Below, one piece after another: positions 59,637 to 64,000 of a stretch of DNA of 64,000 nucleotides. Source of the DNA: Gammaproteobacteria bacterium (GTDB taxonomy: Bacteria > Pseudomonadota > Gammaproteobacteria > Eutrophobiales > Eutrophobiaceae). Numbering within the stretch: the stretch's first letter is position 1; every line of letters begins with the position of its first letter. A program made the position numbers and the translations under genes. The stretch is from assembly GCA_965222155.1 (NCBI GenBank), contig CBDCTH010000012.1, forward strand, positions 160,001 through 224,000, given 5' to 3'. The notes below the pieces were generated by a model. The model was given only the letters and a program-made list of their open reading frames with translations. It had not been told where the DNA came from and made no database searches.

Positions 59637-60695
59637 TTAATCCGATTCCATATTGACGACAGTGATGCCGAAGTTTTCTCCTCGCATCATCCCGATTAGT
59701 GTTTGAGGCAGCTTTTCAAAACCTACGGTAACGTCTTCCTTGTATTTGAGCTTTCCTTCAGCATAGAGTTTTGCCAACCTGTTAGTGGCTTCGGGTATCT
59801 TGTCTTCATGATCAAAAACATACAAACCTTCCATAGTGCCCCTGAAATACACGAGGTTGAAGTAGTTTTTCGGGCCAACCTGTCCGACGCCGCTGGCTTC
59901 ACCCGCCTTACCCTGAATACCGTCTTCGACTTGCGAGGTTTCACCACAAACCACAATACGCCCACGCACAGCCATATTCAACAAGGCATCGTCCAGCATT
60001 TCGCCACCAATATTGTCGAAATAGATATCCATGCCGCCGGGGCACAGCTCAGCAAACTTCCCGGCAACCTTGTCTGTTTTGTAATTGATGGTTGCATCAA
60101 TACCTAAGTCATCAGTCAGCCACTTACACTTTTCATCTGAACCGGCAATACCAATAACTCTGCAACCAGAGAGTTTGCCAAGCTGGCAGACCAGCGAGCC
60201 TACGGTACCTGCTGCACCCGACACGACCAAGGTGTCTCCAACTCTGGGACGACCGTGTTCAAACAAGCCGAAATAGGCAGTCATTCCGGAGTAACCAAGT
60301 ATGTGGAGACGAGTCTGAATTGGCAGGCCTTCAAGTGGCTCAACTTTTTTCATGGGAATGATGTTGGCCAGTTTGACGGAACCACCCAAGCCCGCGCGGC
60401 GTTGGGAGGACACCATATACTCGGTCCAGCCACTGACACCGGTCACATAATCACCAACAGGAAAATCCGGGTTTTTTGATTCAATAACTCGGGAAAGAGT
60501 GCCTCCAAAAACAGGGTTATCGGGCACCCAGTGCTTGCGCGTGGCCGGAGATAATGCAAAGCACACCGCTCTGGCCAGGAACTCGCCCTCCTTGATTTCC
60601 GGTACTGGTGTTTCACTAAAAATAAAATTCGATTCATCAACGCGCGCTGTCGGTCGGGGGCCGCAGAGCCACTGGCGGTTCATATGCTGAGTCAT
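59637..60695 (-). CDS. NADP-dependent alkenal/one oxidoreductase (PTGR/CurA-like MDR)
   Basis: GMTAYFGL, VSGAAGTVGS, GIAGSDEKC and YFDNIGG motifs. Confidence 0.9.
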   Translation of the reverse strand: MTQHMNRQWLCGPRPTARVDESNFIFSETPVPEIKEGEFLARAVCFALSPATRKHWVPDNPVFGGTLSRVIESKNPDFPVGDYVTGVSGWTEYMVSSQRRAGLGGSVKLANIIPMKKVEPLEGLPIQTRLHILGYSGMTAYFGLFEHGRPRVGDTLVVSGAAGTVGSLVCQLGKLSGCRVIGIAGSDEKCKWLTDDLGIDATINYKTDKVAGKFAELCPGGMDIYFDNIGGEMLDDALLNMAVRGRIVVCGETSQVEDGIQGKAGEASGVGQVGPKNYFNLVYFRGTMEGLYVFDHEDKIPEATNRLAKLYAEGKLKYKEDVTVGFEKLPQTLIGMMRGENFGITVVNMESD

Positions 60696-60855
60696 GCTGT
60701 ATCTCCAAAATGTATAGTTTTCTGTATCTTTTCAAGTTGCTTCCCCCTTTGTAGAACGATACAAAAGGAGAGATGATATTTAACCTCTGACTTAATCAGG
60801 TTTCTTAAGGTAATTATATCCATCAGCGGCGCTGATAGTGATGGAATAGTTTTAC

Positions 60856-62037
60856 TCAGTGGCCTTTGTACATAGTGACAACAACACCGCCACCCACACC
60901 CAGATTGTGCTGCAGGCCAATTTTTGCGCCCTGCACCTGACGCTGGTCTGCCGTGCCGCGCATCTGGTGGACCAGCTCGAAACACTGGGCTACACCCGTT
61001 GCGCCAATGGGATGCCCTTTGGACATCAAGCCACCAGACGGATTGACCACATGGCTGCCGCCGTATGTGTTATCGCCATTGGCGATAAACTCGGTCGCGC
61101 AGCCTTCAGGGCACAATTGCAGGGCTTCATAGCTAATCACTTCGTTGGTGGTAAAACAATCGTGCAATTCCACCACGTCCACGTCTTCGGGGCCAATGCC
61201 GGTTTGTTCGTACACCTGCGCCGCCGCCCGACCGGCCATTTCCGCGCCGACCAGATTCATCGGACTGGTAAAGCTTTCCGGAATGTCGGTGGCCATCGCT
61301 TGACCGGCAATTTCAATGCCGTGCGTAATACCCTGTTTTTTAGCAAAATCAGGGCTACAGATTAGCGCCGCAGCGGCGCCACAAGTAGGAGGGCAGCACA
61401 TATAGCGCGTCAGGTAATCCAGATACACCACCGGAGACTCGACAACCTCTGCTTCGGTCAAGGGAGTGGTAAATACCGCATGGGGGTTTAATGCGGCATG
61501 GTTGCGGCTCTTCACGGCGACTTTGGCAAAAATATCCGGCTTGGCATCGTACTTTTCCATATAGTCATGCCCCGCGGCGCCAAAACTCATCCCCGCAGGA
61601 AAATTGCCGACCGGGTAACCGAATTCGGTATGCAGGCGCTCATAGACGCTTTTCATTGTAGGCATTTCACGGTCATCCCAATGGCTTTTTAATGCGCCGG
61701 TCTGCATCTGCTCAAAACCAAAGGCCAAGGCACATTCCACGCCGCCACCCTCTACAGCCTGACGCGCCAGATAGATGGCGTTAGATCCGGAGGCACAGTT
61801 ATTGTTAACGTTAAATACCGGAATACCAGTCATAAAAGCGTCATAAAGCGCATGTTCACCACTGGTGGAATCCCCGTAGATATAGGCGGCGTAAGCCTGC
61901 TCAATCAATGTGTAATCGATACCTGCATCAGCGATCGCTGCTTTAATGGCATTGGCGGCCATTACGCGATAAGGCACTTGCTGGCTGGGCTTGGTAAATT
62001 TCACCATGCCGACGCCGGTGACAATTGCTTTAGTCAT
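60856..62037 (-). CDS. SCP2-thiolase-like lipid-transfer protein
   Basis: NVNNNCASGS, ELHDCF, GHPIGATG and QHNLGVGG motifs. Confidence 0.9.
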   Translation of the reverse strand: MTKAIVTGVGMVKFTKPSQQVPYRVMAANAIKAAIADAGIDYTLIEQAYAAYIYGDSTSGEHALYDAFMTGIPVFNVNNNCASGSNAIYLARQAVEGGGVECALAFGFEQMQTGALKSHWDDREMPTMKSVYERLHTEFGYPVGNFPAGMSFGAAGHDYMEKYDAKPDIFAKVAVKSRNHAALNPHAVFTTPLTEAEVVESPVVYLDYLTRYMCCPPTCGAAAALICSPDFAKKQGITHGIEIAGQAMATDIPESFTSPMNLVGAEMAGRAAAQVYEQTGIGPEDVDVVELHDCFTTNEVISYEALQLCPEGCATEFIANGDNTYGGSHVVNPSGGLMSKGHPIGATGVAQCFELVHQMRGTADQRQVQGAKIGLQHNLGVGGGVVVTMYKGH

Positions 62038-62075
62038 TGTAACCTCCTGACTGTTTCATGTTCATCAATAAATCA

Positions 62076-63737
62076 CTAAACGAATTCCACCAGAACTTTT
62101 CCCTGCTGCGCCGCTGCGCGGGCCCGGCGCTCGCCCAGCTCAGCAAAGCGTTTATCGATCTCAGCGCGCTTGACTTTCATTGTCACGGTCAGCATACCGT
62201 TATCAATGTTCCAAGGCTCCCGATCAACAATCACCACGCCGATGCGCGCGTGTTTTTCAACCGAGTTGTTGATTTCAGTGACAGTCGCCTTAAGCGCCGT
62301 CGCTATTTCATCCGGAGATTTACCTTCTGCTTCCGACGCCAACACACAAACCATCACCGTCTTTGAAAAACCCCTCCCGATAAGGCATTGCTGTTGCGCC
62401 AGCGGATTTTTTGAAAAAGTTTGTTCAAGGGGCAGCGGCGCTACATATTTGCCATGGATAGTTTTGAAATAATCCTTAATCCGGCCGGTGATGTAATAGT
62501 AGCCGTTTTCGTCAACCCGCACTTTGTCACCGGTGTGCAGCCAGCCGTCGACAAAAGTCTCCGCTGTCTCTTCCGGCATTTTGTAATACCCTGGAGACAG
62601 GCCATTCATACGGACCAGCATTTCACCCGCTTCACTGATGCGGACTTCTACACCAGGCAGGGGCTTGCCCACTGAGCCCACAGGTGGTCGGCCATCCACG
62701 TTACCAAGCAGACCATTGGCTTCTGTCATGCCCATCATTTCCGTGATATGAATACCCAGGTTGTCATACCAATCCAACAACGCCGCCGAGATCGGCGCGC
62801 CACCACTGATTGCTGCGTCCAAATCCTCAAAACCCAGTATGCCGCGCGCTTTGAGGATGGCGCCTTCCCGATCCTCTAGCAGACCTTTCTCCAATGCCTC
62901 CTGACCCTCAAAGATGCCGATTACGATATGACTCAATATTTCCCAGACGCGGGGCACTGCCAAAAACAATGTCGGCCTGGCATCAGCCAGATCCCGAATC
63001 AGGGTATCCATCGATTCGCAAAACGTTACTTCCCCACATTTTAACAGGCTGGGCATCCAAACCAGGCAACGCTCACCGGCATGAGCGAGGGGCAGATAAG
63101 AGAGAAGGCGAGGGAAGTCGCGGCATTCAATCGCCTTGCCGAGACCGAGCAGTTTATTGACGGGTATCAGCATACTGTTATGGGTCTGCATAACGCCTTT
63201 CGGCAAACCCGTGGTGCCCGAAGTAAAGGTCAGGGCGATCAGTTCATCGGGCTTGCTCTGGTGAGCAGGCTTTTGCCCACGATACTCGTCTGACAGCGCT
63301 TCCCAGCTATACGACGCCGGTGCGCACTGTACCCCGGGGAAAGTGATAATTTCCACGTCTGCGGGAACGATTGCGCGAACCTTTTCCCAGTTGTCCGCCT
63401 CCCCCAGGAACAGGGCCTTGGTCTCTGTAAACGCCAACAGGTATTTGACAATGTCATCCTTTTGCGTGGTAAACAAGGGCACCGTACAGTTACCAGAGGC
63501 GTTGATGGCCGCATCGGCCAGTATCCAGTGGGCGCGGTTGCGAGACAAGAGCGCAATGTTATTGGCCTGGCCCTCAAAACGTTGTTCCAGCCACGTTCCG
63601 ACCGCGTGAACCTCTTCTGCTGCCTGGCGCCAGCTCCATTCGGTAAACTCATCACCCTTGCGATCACGCAACCAAACGCGATCTGGCTCTTCCTGAGCCC
63701 AATGAGTAAGATAGCCAGTGACCGTATTTATTGTCAT
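62076..63737 (-). CDS. Long-chain acyl-CoA synthetase (AMP-binding)
   Basis: FTSGTTGLPKG, SYLPLAH, GMTE, HTGD and ITGRIKD motifs. Confidence 0.9.
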   Translation of the reverse strand: MTINTVTGYLTHWAQEEPDRVWLRDRKGDEFTEWSWRQAAEEVHAVGTWLEQRFEGQANNIALLSRNRAHWILADAAINASGNCTVPLFTTQKDDIVKYLLAFTETKALFLGEADNWEKVRAIVPADVEIITFPGVQCAPASYSWEALSDEYRGQKPAHQSKPDELIALTFTSGTTGLPKGVMQTHNSMLIPVNKLLGLGKAIECRDFPRLLSYLPLAHAGERCLVWMPSLLKCGEVTFCESMDTLIRDLADARPTLFLAVPRVWEILSHIVIGIFEGQEALEKGLLEDREGAILKARGILGFEDLDAAISGGAPISAALLDWYDNLGIHITEMMGMTEANGLLGNVDGRPPVGSVGKPLPGVEVRISEAGEMLVRMNGLSPGYYKMPEETAETFVDGWLHTGDKVRVDENGYYYITGRIKDYFKTIHGKYVAPLPLEQTFSKNPLAQQQCLIGRGFSKTVMVCVLASEAEGKSPDEIATALKATVTEINNSVEKHARIGVVIVDREPWNIDNGMLTVTMKVKRAEIDKRFAELGERRARAAAQQGKVLVEFV

Positions 63738-63759
63738 AATAATTTCCCGTTTTTTAACT

Positions 63760-63939
63760 TCACATAATAAGGTAGCGCATGATGTCGCAGGATTCGTGCA
63801 TGGCCTTGCCGTTGTGAACGATCGCGGGGACTTCGCCTTTGGGGTTGATGCGAAGATACTCTTCGGTTAACTGCTCACTCTTTAACAGATTGACCTCGTG
63901 CATTTCCGCTTCAATACCTTTTTCAGCAAGCAGCAACAT
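63760..63939 (-). pseudogene. Fragment of a glutathione S-transferase N-terminal domain
   Basis: LAEKGIEAEMHEVNLLKSEQLTEEYLRINPKGEVPAIVHNGKAMHESCDIMRYL, then a stop; no C-terminal domain. Confidence 0.75.
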
Positions 63940-64000
63940 GATAAAGAACTACATCCTCTCAATAATAATGGCCGGGGCCATGCCGCCACCGGTGCACATG

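Noticed and set aside
49582-63737. Beta-oxidation / lipid catabolism cluster as a novel system
   Set aside because: All members are common families in a common arrangement; substrate cannot be inferred from sequence.

Overview
This 64 kb window looks like a Gram-negative chromosome, probably gammaproteobacterial, devoted to aromatic and fatty-acid catabolism. A marine or host-associated lifestyle is plausible but is inference only. The phenylacetate pathway is scattered: paaZ at the left edge, paaK at 12.4 kb and paaABCD at 46-49 kb behind a PaaX-type operator, with no paaE. Interleaved with it are a TTQ aromatic amine dehydrogenase (large and small subunits plus cytochrome c, no mauD/E/G), an HDAC-family amidohydrolase, three TonB-dependent receptors, a Rieske O-demethylase-like oxygenase, a frameshifted nitrilase-family gene, CoA ligases, an ActP-family permease and a catabolic-type reductive dehalogenase. 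An NgoMIV-like restriction-modification pair and a beta-oxidation cluster (50-64 kb) follow. An ~11 kb accessory island between paaZ and paaK is the most unusual part. It encodes three paralogous, disulfide-rich secreted proteins that resemble the tendamistat alpha-amylase-inhibitor scaffold with swapped loops, a serralysin-like RTX protein that lacks its protease domain and carries 15 FG-GAP repeats, and uncharacterised lipoproteins. Intergenic DNA is full of MITEs (several with clear 6-, 9- or 10-bp target-site duplications), REP-like palindromes and gene remnants. No rRNA, tRNA or CRISPR array was seen. All assignments come from motif recognition by eye; no database searches were run.
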